Assembly: GCA_041690595.1 (NCBI GenBank)
Contig: JAWLHB010000005.1
Coordinates: 248,001 to 288,694 of the forward strand
DNA length: 40,694 nucleotides
Reading direction: 5' to 3'
Source of the DNA: Lentisphaeria bacterium
GTDB lineage: Bacteria > Verrucomicrobiota > Lentisphaeria > JABSQK01 > JAWLHB01
The notes beneath the pieces are model-generated. The model made no database searches and was not told the DNA's origin. It saw nothing but the letters and a program-made list of their open reading frames with translations. Shown here one piece after another: positions 1-11,216 of the stretch; position 1 is the first letter of the stretch, and each line of letters opens with the position of its first letter. Both the position numbers and the translations under genes were made by a program.

Positions 1-258
1 GTATGTTTTGAATCGAATAGGGGGACGCTTTATTGGTGCGACGGGGGTGCAGTGGGATAAGGCGAGTGCAATGGACGGATGTGGAGTCAAATCGGCGGGG
101 ACAACGGGACGGAGTGTCGGGGGACGGACGTTCCGAGGTTTTGGGGTGGTGGCAATGCGAAGGAGGCCGGGCTCAAATCTACCACAAAGAGCGCAAAGAT
201 CGCAGAGAAGGAGAAAGTGGTGGTTGCAGGTTTGGACCGAGGAATGGACCGAGGTTTT

Positions 259-358
259 NNNNNNNNNNNNNNNNNNNNNNNNNNNNNNNNNNNNNNNNNN
301 NNNNNNNNNNNNNNNNNNNNNNNNNNNNNNNNNNNNNNNNNNNNNNNNNNNNNNNNNN
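259..358. other. Scaffold gap (100 N) flanked by an identical 99-bp sequence (160-258 = 359-457)
   Basis: Run of Ns; the identical flanks are seen directly and are most likely overlapping contig ends. Confidence 0.9.
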
Positions 359-479
359 AAGGAGGCCGGGCTCAAATCTACCACAAAGAGCGCAAAGATC
401 GCAGAGAAGGAGAAAGTGGTGGTTGCAGGTTTGGACCGAGGAATGGACCGAGGTTTTTGGGTGGTGGCGGAGCGAGGGA

Positions 480-677
480 GGCTGCTCGGGAGAGTGGCGT
501 GCCCAGGAGGGGGTGGCGAACCGAGGTTTCGACCGAGGTTTTGGGGTGGTGGCAATGCGAAGGAGGCCACTCGGGAGAGTGGCGTGCCCAGGAGGGGGTG
601 GCAAGCCGAGGTTTCGACCGATGTTTTGGGGTGGTGGCAATGCGAAGGAGGCCACTCGGGAGAGTGGCGTGCCCGGG
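480..677. repeat. REP-like palindromic tandem array, 85-bp period, 3 copies of the core GGCCACTC-GGGA-GAGTGGCGTGCCC
   Basis: Cores at ~480 (degenerate), 565 and 650; hairpin GCCACTC/GAGTGGC; spacers contain ccgagg-N3-gaccgaggttttgggg-like motifs. Confidence 0.8.
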
Positions 678-704
678 ATGGGTAAAAATGGGGCGGTGTG
701 GCTC

Positions 705-740
705 TTGCAAATGGTTTAGTTCACCCTATACTGTACTAAA
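705..740 (+). promoter_or_regulatory. Putative sigma70 promoter of the GntR operon with overlapping inverted-repeat operator
   Basis: TTGCAA (705-710), 16 bp, TATACT (727-732); imperfect inverted repeat tttagttca (715-723) / tgtactaaa (732-740); RBS aggagg follows. Confidence 0.65.
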
Positions 741-752
741 GGAGGAGATCCG

Positions 753-1877
753 ATGGAGTTGTTGTCGATGCCACAGGATATCCGGTTGAAGGCCGATCAT
801 ATCTCGAACGAGATTCGGGAAAGGATTGTCTCTGGCGGCTATGTCCCGGGGGAGCGTCTACCGACGCGGGATGCGCTGACGGAGCGTTACGGGGTGAGTA
901 AGGTCACGGTGCAGCGGGCCCTGGAGGCGCTGGCCAATGAGGGTTTTGTTGTGGCGGATGGGCGGCGGGGGACGTTCGTGGCTGAGGGATGTCCGCACCT
1001 GACGCGATACAAGCTGCTCTTTCCGTTCAGCCAGATGTCGCAGCCGAATCAGTTCTGGCTGGCCATGGAGCGGGAGGCGGAGGCGCTGGGGAGTGAGCAT
1101 CTGGTGGAATGTTTTTTTGGTTTCGAGGGGCATCGCGGTTATCTGCGCTATGAATCGCTGATCGCGGATGTGGAGGCGAATCGCGTGGCAGGACTGATCT
1201 TCGCGGCGAATCCCTTTCATGTGGAAGGTTCGCCGCTGCTGACGCGACCGGGGATTCCGCGGGTGGCGGTGATGACGAAGTCGGTGCATCCGGGAATACC
1301 GGCGATCTGCCACGATACGCGGGCCTTCATTCACCTGTGCATGAAAGAGCTGGCGAGTCGCGGCTGTCGTCGACCGGCGGTGATCACGCCGCGCTGGCAT
1401 GACCATTTCGAGAGTATTCTGGATGAGGCGCTTGAGGAGTATGGGATGGAGACGCCGGATACCTGGGTACAGATCGCGACACTTGGAGAACCACAGTCGG
1501 CGGATCGGCTGGTGCGGCTACTTTTTGAGCCGTCGCGCGCGCATCGTCCGGACAGCCTCTTCGTGAGCGACGACAATCTGGTGGAGCATGCCACGCGGGG
1601 CTTGCGGAAACTGGGGCTGCGGGCGCCGGAGGATGTGACCATTGTAGCCGGCTGCAATTTTCCCTGGCCAACGCCGAGCTGCCTGCCGGTCACGCGGATT
1701 GGTTATTCGACGACGGAGCTGCTGCGCAAATGCGTGCAGGTAATCGATTGTCAACGGCGCGGCGAGGCAGTCGCTGACCGGATCGTCCTGCAGCCGATAC
1801 ACGAACGGGAGGTGCCGAAGATGCATGCACCTCAATGGATAAAAAGTCCGAGCATGAAGGAAACGAGTCACGCATGA
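753..1877 (+). CDS. GntR-family regulator with C-terminal LacI-type sugar-binding domain (AraR-like architecture)
   Basis: N-terminal wHTH 'PGERLPTRDALTERYGVSKVTVQRALEALANEG..RRGTFV'; C-terminal 'PDSLFVSDD..GLRAPEDVTIV' periplasmic-binding-fold motifs; strong RBS. Confidence 0.9.
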   Translation: MELLSMPQDIRLKADHISNEIRERIVSGGYVPGERLPTRDALTERYGVSKVTVQRALEALANEGFVVADGRRGTFVAEGCPHLTRYKLLFPFSQMSQPNQFWLAMEREAEALGSEHLVECFFGFEGHRGYLRYESLIADVEANRVAGLIFAANPFHVEGSPLLTRPGIPRVAVMTKSVHPGIPAICHDTRAFIHLCMKELASRGCRRPAVITPRWHDHFESILDEALEEYGMETPDTWVQIATLGEPQSADRLVRLLFEPSRAHRPDSLFVSDDNLVEHATRGLRKLGLRAPEDVTIVAGCNFPWPTPSCLPVTRIGYSTTELLRKCVQVIDCQRRGEAVADRIVLQPIHEREVPKMHAPQWIKSPSMKETSHA

Positions 1878-4800
1878 AGCACCTGCGCCATCTGTTGCTT
1901 GCCGCCGTCTGTATATTGCAGGTCGTCGCCGACGATCGCACCATGTCGTTCAATACGGAGGTGGCGGTGTTGCCGGCGCCCGGTGTCATGACCATCGACG
2001 GGGAGTGGGATGACTGGGATCTGAGCGGCGGGGTCTGGAGCTACAATTCGCCGATGATCACGGATCGGTACAGCGTCTGGACGCACCTGATGCACGACGG
2101 CAACGGGATCTACCTGCTGGCGCGCTACCATGATTTGACGCCCCTGCAGAATGCAGCGAGCGGGAAGGATTTCTCGGTCAGTTGGCGGGCGGACTGCTAT
2201 CAGGCGCGGGTGATTTTCGACGATCGGACGGCTGACGAGCACCAGATGCATGTGAACATGTACTATTCGAGCGTGGACAAGCAGCCGTACATGATCGTGA
2301 AGCATGGTGGTTTTCGGAGCAAGGCGCCGTATGACGAGACGGGTCCGGACCGGCCGGAACAGGCGGAGCGGTGGGGTGCGACGATGGCGGAGGCGGGTGG
2401 CGCGATCGCCTTCAAGGCGTGGCCGGATGGCAAGGGGTACACGATGGAAGCGTTCTGGCCGTGGAGTTATTGCCGGAGCAGCGGGGAGCCGCTGGCGGTG
2501 GGGGAGTCGTTTGTCTTCGGTACGGAAGCGATGTGGGGCAATGCGGATGGCACGATGCTCTCGCACCGCCTGGCGGACGGGATCAAGGACGACACGGTGA
2601 ACCGGATCTTCATGTTCCGCGCCCGCAATGGCTGGGGACGGGCGGTGATGCGCGAGCAGGGAAAGCTGGAGCTTGCGGAGCAGCAGGTGGCGCTGCACAA
2701 GGCGCGGCTGAAGCATTTTGTGGACTACGATACCCATGGCAGTGTGCCGATTGCGTATGACCTGCCGGAGAAGCGGGAGGTGAGCATTGTCATCGACAAT
2801 GCGGCGGGCGAGCGAGTGCGCAACCTCTTCGGCCAGTATCCACGGGAGGCGGGCAGTGTCGTCGACAACTGGGATTGCCTGGACGACGCGGGGAACCCGG
2901 TAGCGGCCGGCACCTACACGGCGAGCATCGTCCATCATCTGCCGATCGAGATGGAGTTTTACAACTCCGCCTACAGCTCGGCGACGCCGCCGTGGGTGAC
3001 GGAGGCGGGCAGCAAGCTGTGGGGCGCGAATCATGGGCATCCGACCTCGGTCGCCACGCGAGGAAAGGTGACGGTGTTGACCTTCACCGGGACGGAAGGG
3101 GGATCGGGGATACAGCTGATCGACGACAACGGCATCATCCAATGGGCGGATCAGCAGGAGTTTCTCGACGCGACGCTGGACGATGTATACGCGTACGGTC
3201 TCTGCCGTTCGAGTTGGCAGCAGCGCGTGCTGCTGGCGCGCTTTCGGTTGAAGGATGGGCAGCAGGTGCCGTTCGAGGATGCGGCGCGCACGCCCAACGT
3301 CACGCTTCTGCCGGATGACGAGGTCGGCATCACCGGGAGCATCGCCATGGCGGAGGGCAAACTCTGGGTTTGCATTCCGGAGCGCGAGTTGCTGCGGGTC
3401 AACCCGGTTACCGGTGAGGTGGAGCAGAGGTATCCGCTGGGGGACCTGGTGGCGGTGACGGATCGGGATGATCTTCTGTACGGGCTCCATGCGGACGGGC
3501 GGGTCACCAGAATGGATGGCGACGGCAAGGGAAGCGACCTTTTCCGGGTTGGAGGCCTGGCCCAGCCGATGCGCCTCGGCATCAGCCATGATGTGCAGCG
3601 ATTCGCCATCAGTGACTGGAGCCTCAATCAGGTGGTGGTGACCGATGCCAGTGGCCAACGGCTGCAGGCGATCGGGAGCGCCTGGTCGGGAGACGATCGG
3701 CCGGCGGGCACCTTCGTCGCGACGAATCTGGTGCAACCGCTGGGGGCGGATTTCGACCACGTGGGGCGGCTGTGGATAGCTGAAGCGAAGAAGACGTGCA
3801 AGCGGGTGACGCTGTGGAGCGCGGATTATGAGCTTGTGGACCAGTTCTGGGGGCAGGCGGATTATGGCGCGATGAGCGGCTTTCCGCTGACCTTCGACGC
3901 CACGCGTTTTGTGGCGCATGGCATCGAGTTCAAGCTGGATCCCACTCCCGACCCATGGCGCCGCAAGACGAACGAGCAGCCGCTCGCGTATCACCCCGAG
4001 TTGGCCCATGAGCGTGGACTGGTCTATCGGCATAACGGCCATGAGTATGCGTGCGGGGCTCCCGGTTTCAACAAGATGGATCACTTGAGCATCCTGAAGC
4101 GCGACAGCAACGGCGTCTTCCGGACGGTGGTGCGGCTGGAGCTGGCGGGGCGGGATAGCGCGGGCAGCGCCTGGGTCGATCGCAACGACAATGGGGCGCG
4201 GGACGATGACGAGGTGCTGGAGGGGTTGGACATTCGCGGCCTGTACTGGGCGAATGGTTGGGTGCGCCCCGATCTGGTTATCCTGACGACGGATGGTCGC
4301 CAGTTCACGCCGCAGGGTTATTCGCAGGGGGGCGTGCCGTTGTATGACTTTGGCGCACCGGAGACGGTCGCGAACTGGATAGCGTTTGCGGACCGGCAGG
4401 GGAGCAGTGGAACGCCGATCATGGATCTGGCGGGGAATGTCTCGAACGGCATTGTCTATCATACGACGGATGGGCGCCGTGGAAGCTGGCCGAACCGGTA
4501 CGGGCGTCATGACGCACCGTCGGCGCAGCGTGGGGTGCTGATCGCGCCGTTCCGCACGAATGGGATTGTCGAAGAGGTGCCGGGCGTGGGCAGCGTCGTG
4601 GCGCTCGGTGGGGATCGCGGCGAGTGGTTCCTGATGACGATGGACGGGATCTACCTGTCGAGCCTCTGCCAGGATGCGAAGGGGTCGGTGACACTCGACG
4701 AGAGTTATGTAGGGCAGGAGTCGTTTGGCGGCTTCATCTGGCGGGATAGTGAGAGCAGCGATGTTCTGGTGCAGCTCGGCGGCGCTTCGTACCGCCTTCT

Positions 4801-5614
4801 CAAGGTGAAGAACCTGGAGAGTTGCGTGAAGGAGAGCCGCACCCTGCAGGTGACGGCGGAGGCTATTGCGGCGGGGTCGCAAATCGCTCAGGATCGCCAG
4901 TCTCAAAGCGTGCGCGAGCCGGATTCGCTGCGCATCGCACGCATACGGCGGGCGCCGACGGAGGCCGCTCCGGTAATGCAGCCGCAGAGCCGCCCGCTGA
5001 TCGAGGGAGCGGTGGATGTGCGAGTCAGCGAGGAGGGGAATCCTTCGCGCTGGTGGCGGGCGGGGTTGGCCGTGCACAACCGGGATCTGATCGTCATGTA
5101 CCAGGTGGCCGATCCGTCGCCGTGGCAGAATGGGGCGGGCAGCTATACACATGCGTTTACCGGGGGCGATGCCGTGGATCTGCAACTCAACGTCCCCGGG
5201 CGTGGTGCGCTTCGCCTGCTGGTGGCGCCCATCGCCGGCAAGGCGACCGTCGTCTATTGGCAGACCGAGGCGGCGGAGCAGCATAACCCGATGCAGTACC
5301 AGGTGGCGAACAATCCCGGGAATGCGAGCGCGTTCGACGTCGTGAAGCGGCTGGACAACGCGACGGTCAAGGTCGCGACTGGTTTCAACGCTTACACGGT
5401 GCTGCTGAGCATACCGCTGGCGGAGTTGGGGTTGGATACAGCTCTGGGCAGTCAGATCAGCGGCATCGTCGGGGTGATCTTCTCCGATCCATCGGGGACC
5501 AATCGCGCCGCACGGCTTTACTGGCACGACAAGGAGACCGGCCTGGTCTCCGATGTGCCGAGCGAATCACGCCTCTCGCCGAAGCGCTGGGGCATTCTTT
5601 CAGTCGATAAATAG
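1874..5614 (+). CDS. Large secreted protein: CBM9-like N-terminus, FlgD Ig-like domain, NHL/beta-propeller repeats, C-terminal sugar-binding-like domain
   Basis: Start moved to ATG 1874 (ATGA overlap with the GntR stop, followed by signal peptide [13 protein letters not shown]). Motifs: 'IDGEWDDWD'; FlgD-like '[40 protein letters not shown]'; NHL-like '[17 protein letters not shown]'. Confidence 0.75.
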   Translation: MKHLRHLLLAAVCILQVVADDRTMSFNTEVAVLPAPGVMTIDGEWDDWDLSGGVWSYNSPMITDRYSVWTHLMHDGNGIYLLARYHDLTPLQNAASGKDFSVSWRADCYQARVIFDDRTADEHQMHVNMYYSSVDKQPYMIVKHGGFRSKAPYDETGPDRPEQAERWGATMAEAGGAIAFKAWPDGKGYTMEAFWPWSYCRSSGEPLAVGESFVFGTEAMWGNADGTMLSHRLADGIKDDTVNRIFMFRARNGWGRAVMREQGKLELAEQQVALHKARLKHFVDYDTHGSVPIAYDLPEKREVSIVIDNAAGERVRNLFGQYPREAGSVVDNWDCLDDAGNPVAAGTYTASIVHHLPIEMEFYNSAYSSATPPWVTEAGSKLWGANHGHPTSVATRGKVTVLTFTGTEGGSGIQLIDDNGIIQWADQQEFLDATLDDVYAYGLCRSSWQQRVLLARFRLKDGQQVPFEDAARTPNVTLLPDDEVGITGSIAMAEGKLWVCIPERELLRVNPVTGEVEQRYPLGDLVAVTDRDDLLYGLHADGRVTRMDGDGKGSDLFRVGGLAQPMRLGISHDVQRFAISDWSLNQVVVTDASGQRLQAIGSAWSGDDRPAGTFVATNLVQPLGADFDHVGRLWIAEAKKTCKRVTLWSADYELVDQFWGQADYGAMSGFPLTFDATRFVAHGIEFKLDPTPDPWRRKTNEQPLAYHPELAHERGLVYRHNGHEYACGAPGFNKMDHLSILKRDSNGVFRTVVRLELAGRDSAGSAWVDRNDNGARDDDEVLEGLDIRGLYWANGWVRPDLVILTTDGRQFTPQGYSQGGVPLYDFGAPETVANWIAFADRQGSSGTPIMDLAGNVSNGIVYHTTDGRRGSWPNRYGRHDAPSAQRGVLIAPFRTNGIVEEVPGVGSVVALGGDRGEWFLMTMDGIYLSSLCQDAKGSVTLDESYVGQESFGGFIWRDSESSDVLVQLGGASYRLLKVKNLESCVKESRTLQVTAEAIAAGSQIAQDRQSQSVREPDSLRIARIRRAPTEAAPVMQPQSRPLIEGAVDVRVSEEGNPSRWWRAGLAVHNRDLIVMYQVADPSPWQNGAGSYTHAFTGGDAVDLQLNVPGRGALRLLVAPIAGKATVVYWQTEAAEQHNPMQYQVANNPGNASAFDVVKRLDNATVKVATGFNAYTVLLSIPLAELGLDTALGSQISGIVGVIFSDPSGTNRAARLYWHDKETGLVSDVPSESRLSPKRWGILSVDK

Positions 5615-5639
5615 GTTCAACAGCAGAGGAGAAAAGAGC

Positions 5640-6473
5640 ATGAGCAGAGATCTTCAACAACAGCGGGGCTTCACCCTGATAGAGCTTCTGGTGGTCATCT
5701 CGATAATCGCCATTCTTGCCAGCATGCTGCTGCCGGCGCTGAGCAAGGCACGCGACACGGCGCGGCGCAGTACCTGCCTGAACAATGTCAAGCAGATCGG
5801 CTCGGGCATGTTCTTCTATGTTGGGGACCATGACAATGCGCTGCCGTTGCTGGGCCCGCACAGTCGTCTTGCCGGCGGCGACCATAACGGCGTGTACAGC
5901 TTTTACGTCATGTACTCGGACTACTTCGGTGGTTCGCTGACGAGCCACGCCAGTGGCGCCGGCGCCAGTGTGCGCTTCTACACGCAGGAGACCTTCGTCT
6001 GCCCGTCGAATATTCGCACGAGCAGCATCGGCTACAACTATTACCGCCTGCCTTACGCACAATGGTGCGGCAGCACGGCAAATTACCGGGTGACGATCGA
6101 GAAGACGATGGCGGCGGCGGAAAAGAAGCCGGTGCCGGGGCGCATCGCGGCAATGTGGAGCGACCGCTGCAACATCCTGAATGCCGGTAACAATGGTGGT
6201 CCGGAAGAGACGAATCATCGGGATCCTACCGGCTATCCGTCCGGCGGCAATGTGGTGAACATGGACGGCTCGGCGAAGTGGTTTCGCTACATCGGCAATG
6301 TCAACGGTGAGGATTCATTCGTCATCAACGGCGGCAGTGTGGGCGGTCATATCGCGGTGCCGAGCAACGGCGTCTGGCCGCGCTGCGAGGGAGACAGCAC
6401 CCTGAACATCGTCAGGAGCGACAACCTCTTCATGGGGAAGGGAAGCGGCAGCTTCTTTACGTACATGCAGTAA
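5640..6473 (+). CDS. Prepilin-type N-terminal cleavage/methylation protein (DUF1559-like) with variant C-terminal H-X9-DG motif
   Basis: '[39 protein letters not shown]'; 'FVCPS'; '[15 protein letters not shown]'; RBS agagga upstream of ATG 5640. Confidence 0.9.
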   Translation: MSRDLQQQRGFTLIELLVVISIIAILASMLLPALSKARDTARRSTCLNNVKQIGSGMFFYVGDHDNALPLLGPHSRLAGGDHNGVYSFYVMYSDYFGGSLTSHASGAGASVRFYTQETFVCPSNIRTSSIGYNYYRLPYAQWCGSTANYRVTIEKTMAAAEKKPVPGRIAAMWSDRCNILNAGNNGGPEETNHRDPTGYPSGGNVVNMDGSAKWFRYIGNVNGEDSFVINGGSVGGHIAVPSNGVWPRCEGDSTLNIVRSDNLFMGKGSGSFFTYMQ

Positions 6474-6482
6474 GGGGCATCC

Positions 6483-8495
6483 TCACTTCATGGTGGGAAT
6501 GATGATGCCGCGCAGGATGATCTTCTGGCAGAAGAGGAAGACGATGAGGGTCGGGATGGAGGCGAGGACGAAGGCCGCCATGACCATATAGGGGTAGCTG
6601 CCGGCGGCCTGCTGGTACTGGTAGATCCAGACCATGAGCGTCCACATGTGTTGATCCTGGCAGACGAGGAAGGCCCACATGAACCCCCCGTAGGCGGCGA
6701 TGAAGGTGAGAAGGGCCTGGTAGGCGAGGATCGGCTTACAGAGCGGCAAGCTGATGCGGGTGAAGATGGTGATTTCGTTGGCGCCGTCGATGGTGGCGGC
6801 TTCGTAGAGCTCGGAGGGCAGGCTGTCGAAGAAGCCCTTGAGCAGGAAGATGCCAAAGCCGTTGGCAAGTCCAGGTAGGACAAGGGCGGAGAAGGTATTG
6901 AGCATACCCAGTTCGCGCAGGAGGAGGAAGTTGGGGATCATGGCGACTTCGTGGGGGAAGGCCATGGTGGCAAGGAGGAAGAGGAGGATTTTCTGGCTGG
7001 ACTTCATCTGGAAGCGGCTGAGCGCATAGGCGGCGAGGGGGTTGACGGTGAGGCAGGCGATGAGGCTGAGCACGACGAGGATCAAGGTGTTCCAGACGGC
7101 TCTGCCCTGGATGGCCATGTAGGTGAAGACGCGGCGGAAGTTGAAGGTGAGGAACTGCCGCAGCCACCAGCCTTCCGTTTCCAGGAACTGCGCGTAGTCG
7201 ACCTCGGCGAGGGGAATCTCCACCTGCTGGAAGCTGGCGGCATTCCACCCATAGGCTGAGTTCAGGGCGGCAACGTCGCCATAGCGCTCCTGGAGGAAGC
7301 GTCGATAGTCGAGTTCCGGATAGCTCCGGTTGGCGATGAGGAGGTCATCGGACAGCTGGGCGAGGTAGTCGCGCCAGAAGTTGCGTTCGAGGGGGGAGAC
7401 AGGCGGGCGACCATCGAAGGGGACCTCCCGCCAGGAGGTGTAGGCGGCGTTGACCATGCGGTTGAAGCGGTCGAGGTCGCCGGTGCGACGCTGAAGGTAG
7501 TCGCGATAGTCGCCGGCCATGTCGGCAGGGAGTTCGATCATCCACAGGGGCCATTTGTCGTGCAGGAAGGTATCCCACAGCTCTGCCAGACGGGGGTTGT
7601 CGGGCCGACTGTCCGGATAAGGCACCTCGGCATAGGAGTCGACAGCGAGTCCGGTCTCCTCGCGAAAGGCATCGAGGCTGCCGGCCGCATTGTCGAGGTG
7701 GCGGAGCCAGAGCTGGCGCACCGTGATCGGCACCTTCCAATCTCCGGGCAACTGGTCGACGAAGTGCAGGTAGTCCTGGAGGCGCTTCTGGTTGAGGGGT
7801 GGCATCCAGATGCGCAGGTGGTAGGGATAGCTGCCCTCATTGCCCATTTCGACAAAGAAGAAGTGCTTGAACCTGGCCTCGTCCCACGTCTCCGCCATGA
7901 GGGCGAGAGCGCCGGACTCGAGAGCCTCGGTGGTGAGGTGATCGGCCTCCAGGTTGTTCTCGTCCAGGTAGCGGCGGGTGTAGAGATCGCGCATGTGGTC
8001 CTGGTAAGCGATTCTGACGAAGCGGGCGAACATCGGCAGAGTCTGCAAGGGATGGTCGTACTGGGCCATCCACGCGAGGTAGTCCTGGCGGATGAGGGCG
8101 AGTTCCTTGCCGCGGGTGGCTTCGCTGCCGAAGAGAAAGGGGGATTCGTCGTGAAAATCTTCATCTTCGCGCATGACGCGAAAGGAGAGGTGCCAGGGCT
8201 TGGGCTGGTAGGCAGCGGCAAAGATGCGGAAGTCACGGTCGATGCGGCCATCCGCACCCTGGATGTCAAGATACTTCTCGGTGAGGAACTTCATGTAACG
8301 TTCCTGGCGGTCGATCAGGTAGACGGGCCAGGCGTGGAACTTCTCGTAGTCCCATTCGTTGGAAACGGAGCTGGTGAGCATGGTCATGAAGGGGATGACC
8401 ATGCTGATGGCGCCGGCAAGCAGGATGGCGTAGGTGACGACCAGGAAGGAGGCCGCGGGCCAGCTCTTGCGTCCAACCTTGGTCAGCAGGGACAT
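6483..8495 (-). CDS. Carbohydrate ABC transporter permease (MalG-like) with a ~400-aa extracytoplasmic insertion
   Basis: EAA loop 'FFDSLPSELYEAATIDGA'; 'AAYALSRF'; TM helices at both ends with a long hydrophilic insert between them. Confidence 0.9.
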   Translation of the reverse strand: MSLLTKVGRKSWPAASFLVVTYAILLAGAISMVIPFMTMLTSSVSNEWDYEKFHAWPVYLIDRQERYMKFLTEKYLDIQGADGRIDRDFRIFAAAYQPKPWHLSFRVMREDEDFHDESPFLFGSEATRGKELALIRQDYLAWMAQYDHPLQTLPMFARFVRIAYQDHMRDLYTRRYLDENNLEADHLTTEALESGALALMAETWDEARFKHFFFVEMGNEGSYPYHLRIWMPPLNQKRLQDYLHFVDQLPGDWKVPITVRQLWLRHLDNAAGSLDAFREETGLAVDSYAEVPYPDSRPDNPRLAELWDTFLHDKWPLWMIELPADMAGDYRDYLQRRTGDLDRFNRMVNAAYTSWREVPFDGRPPVSPLERNFWRDYLAQLSDDLLIANRSYPELDYRRFLQERYGDVAALNSAYGWNAASFQQVEIPLAEVDYAQFLETEGWWLRQFLTFNFRRVFTYMAIQGRAVWNTLILVVLSLIACLTVNPLAAYALSRFQMKSSQKILLFLLATMAFPHEVAMIPNFLLLRELGMLNTFSALVLPGLANGFGIFLLKGFFDSLPSELYEAATIDGANEITIFTRISLPLCKPILAYQALLTFIAAYGGFMWAFLVCQDQHMWTLMVWIYQYQQAAGSYPYMVMAAFVLASIPTLIVFLFCQKIILRGIIIPTMK

Positions 8496-8522
8496 TGGCG
8501 CCTCCGATAGGGATAGTATCGA

Positions 8523-11216
8523 TCAGTCTGCACTGCGTCGGAACTCCACCTTCTTGAGGATCTGCAATTGCCAGACGGTGAAGGCAACAAGCATGCTGCC
8601 GAGGATCCAAGCGGTGGCGGTGGCGGGGCCGAACTTGAGGTCGGCATAGGCGGTGAGCCAGATGTGGAGGCTGAGAACGCGGGTGCCGGCGCTGCCGCCA
8701 GTCATGACGAAGATGTTCTGCATCTGGTGGAAGGTGCCAATGAAGGCGCCGACGAAGTTGATGACGATGAGGGGGTAGAGGGTGGGAAAGGTGATGCCGC
8801 GCGCCTTCTGGAACATGCCTGCGCCGTCGATATCGGCAGCTTCATAGATCTCGTCGGAGACGTTCTTCAGGGCGGCGAGATAGATGAGACTGCCCATGCC
8901 GACACTGGCCCACAGGATGGGGAGGACGACACAGATGGGCGCCCAGAATTCACTGCCCAGCCAGTTTATCGGCTGAATATCGAGCCCCAGCCAGTCGGCG
9001 ACGGTGAGCACGACCTGATTGAGATAGCCGCGCGGGCTGGGGTCGTACATCTGCTTCCAGAGCAGCATGATGACGACGCTGCTGCAGACCTGCGGCAGAA
9101 AGAAGGCGGTGCGCAGGGTCTGCTTGAACCAGGGGATCTCGCTGAGGAGGATGGCCAGGAGGATGGGCGCGACAAAGGTGAGCGAGAGGGCGACGACCAC
9201 GTACTTGAGCGTCGCCAGCAGGGACTGCTGGAACTGGTGGTCGAGAAAGACGTTGATGAAGTTGTCCATGCCGACCCAACTGCGCTCGCCCATCAGCCGA
9301 TAGTCCATGAAGGCCATGGCGGTGCCGCGGATCAGGGGGTAGTAGGCCCAGAGAGCAATGGAGATGAGGGCCGGCGCCAGCAGCAGCCAGGGTACCCACG
9401 GCCGCTGAACGTTTCGCACCGTACCCGCGCCGGTACGCTTGCCGGCCGATTCGCGCGCCTTCTCGTGCATGGAGCGGATGAAGATCCAGCCAAAGAAGGC
9501 GAGGACAGCGGCTACCAGCAGCAGCAGCCCCAGGGAGATACGCCGATAGAGCCGCATTTCCGCTTCGGGGCGCGCGCTCATGATATAGGTGTTGGCACGC
9601 ACCTCCGCTGCGCGCAAGGCCGCCTTGTAGTCGTAGTCGGGGTACTGAGCCATCTGATCGAAGACGAGGGCCAGATCGTTACGCGCTACCTGAAGCCAGT
9701 TGGCGTTGAAGGGCTCGAAGCGGCGATGGCGGAAGATGCGCTCGTAGTCCTGCTGCCAGTGCTCGGGAATCTCCTGTGCGTACTCCTCGAAGCCCGCCAG
9801 CTCCAGTTGATCTGGAGTCATGAACATGGCCATGCCCTGCTGAACCATATACTCGATGTACATGCGCTTGCCGAGGTCGCTCCCCAGGCTCGATGCGATC
9901 TTCCAGGCTTTGGCGCGTTTGACGGCATGCTCGTCGCCGGCAAGGGCGGGGCTCAACCCCAGCCAGTGCGAGCTGGTATAGAGAACCGGATCGTCCTGCG
10001 CATCCCGGGGCGGGACGGCCCAGAAGCCGAGCTGGTCGGGGCGCACATCGATGCTGCTGGTGGCATCGTCGGTGCCGACGGAAGCCTGGAAGCAGACGAT
10101 CTCGCCGCGTTCAAAGAGTTCCTGCTTCTGGGCAACATCTTCGGAGGTGTAGGTGCGGGCGACGCCGCGGATGATCTGGTTGCGGCTGAAGGTGATCAGC
10201 TTGCCGTCAGAGGGGCGGCGCACCTCGAGAGCGGCGATGGCATCATCGTCGAGATCGATCTCTTCGCCGGTCTCCGCATCGCGGATCCAGGGACCGTGAA
10301 AGAGCTTCCAGAGAAAGTCGTAGGCGGCAAAGACTTCGGGGGTGGAGAAGGTAACCTTCCATTCGCCGGGCTGGGTGGCGAGGCTTTCGCCGGTTTCCGG
10401 ATCGAGGTAGGCCAGTTCCTCCTTGCGGAACCAGTGCTTCGTGCCGGTTCGCGGGTTGACCCTGCCTTCCATGACAAAGGCGCCGCCGGCTGCCCACACC
10501 CACGGATAGAGGTAGATGTGGTGGCGATGCAGATAGAGGCCTCGACGGCCATGTTGCTGCTTGGCGCCGCGGATGGCCAGATCCGGCCAGGTCAGCTTCT
10601 GCATGAGGCGCCAGAACTCCTGCCAATCCCGGGGTGGCGTTTCCGGGAGCCCGTAGTCGCGCATGATGTCCTTGCGGAAGGCGAGGCCGATGTAGTCCTG
10701 GCGGCGGGCGGGAATGCTGTAGACGGTGCCATTGTCGGTAACGATCTTGCGAACCATGGGATCGAGCTGCTTCCAGTATTCCCAGGTCGCCTCGTCGTCA
10801 TCGATGCTGCCGTTCAGGTCGGGGGAGCCATCGGGGAGGAGCTTGGGCGACCCGTCCGCGAGGATGCCATCGTAGCCGATGTACTCGTTGAGTGGGTAGA
10901 GAAAGCCCTGCTCGCGGTAGCTGGCGATCTCATAGGTCCACATGTTGAAGACATCGGGTCCGGCGCCGGTGGCGAAGGCCATGATCTTGCCGCTCTGGTA
11001 GCCCATGCCCCCTTCCATGCGGAGGGGCGAGAACTCGCTGCAGAGGATGGTGGGGTCCTGGCGCATCACCTCGAAACAGACGAGCGGAATGTCCCAACGC
11101 CCATTGGGCGAATACCACTCCACCTTGATCTCGTGCAGTTCCGCCTCCTCCGCCCATGTCGACAACAACGACAGGGAGAGGAAGAGGCAGATTACGAGTG
11201 GGCGCCACACGCTCAT
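8523..11216 (-). CDS. Fused extracellular solute-binding protein + carbohydrate ABC permease (MalF-like)
   Basis: Signal peptide; SBP family-1 motifs 'ATGAGPDVF..GFLYPLNEY' and 'GTVYSIP'; permease 'WVGMDNF' and EAA loop 'IYEAADIDGAG'. Confidence 0.88.
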   Translation of the reverse strand: MSVWRPLVICLFLSLSLLSTWAEEAELHEIKVEWYSPNGRWDIPLVCFEVMRQDPTILCSEFSPLRMEGGMGYQSGKIMAFATGAGPDVFNMWTYEIASYREQGFLYPLNEYIGYDGILADGSPKLLPDGSPDLNGSIDDDEATWEYWKQLDPMVRKIVTDNGTVYSIPARRQDYIGLAFRKDIMRDYGLPETPPRDWQEFWRLMQKLTWPDLAIRGAKQQHGRRGLYLHRHHIYLYPWVWAAGGAFVMEGRVNPRTGTKHWFRKEELAYLDPETGESLATQPGEWKVTFSTPEVFAAYDFLWKLFHGPWIRDAETGEEIDLDDDAIAALEVRRPSDGKLITFSRNQIIRGVARTYTSEDVAQKQELFERGEIVCFQASVGTDDATSSIDVRPDQLGFWAVPPRDAQDDPVLYTSSHWLGLSPALAGDEHAVKRAKAWKIASSLGSDLGKRMYIEYMVQQGMAMFMTPDQLELAGFEEYAQEIPEHWQQDYERIFRHRRFEPFNANWLQVARNDLALVFDQMAQYPDYDYKAALRAAEVRANTYIMSARPEAEMRLYRRISLGLLLLVAAVLAFFGWIFIRSMHEKARESAGKRTGAGTVRNVQRPWVPWLLLAPALISIALWAYYPLIRGTAMAFMDYRLMGERSWVGMDNFINVFLDHQFQQSLLATLKYVVVALSLTFVAPILLAILLSEIPWFKQTLRTAFFLPQVCSSVVIMLLWKQMYDPSPRGYLNQVVLTVADWLGLDIQPINWLGSEFWAPICVVLPILWASVGMGSLIYLAALKNVSDEIYEAADIDGAGMFQKARGITFPTLYPLIVINFVGAFIGTFHQMQNIFVMTGGSAGTRVLSLHIWLTAYADLKFGPATATAWILGSMLVAFTVWQLQILKKVEFRRSAD

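Noticed and set aside
160..457. Perfect 99-bp direct repeat around the N gap
   Set aside because: It abuts the gap on both sides and its length equals a common assembler k-mer, so it is most likely an assembly overlap.
480..677. Possible CRISPR array (also 40336-40518)
   Set aside because: The spacers are themselves repeated rather than unique, there are only three units, and no cas genes are present.
8..789. ORFs spanning the N gap, and repeat-derived ORFs at 26868-27351 and 39557-40070
   Set aside because: They are translations of non-coding repeats with low-complexity products.
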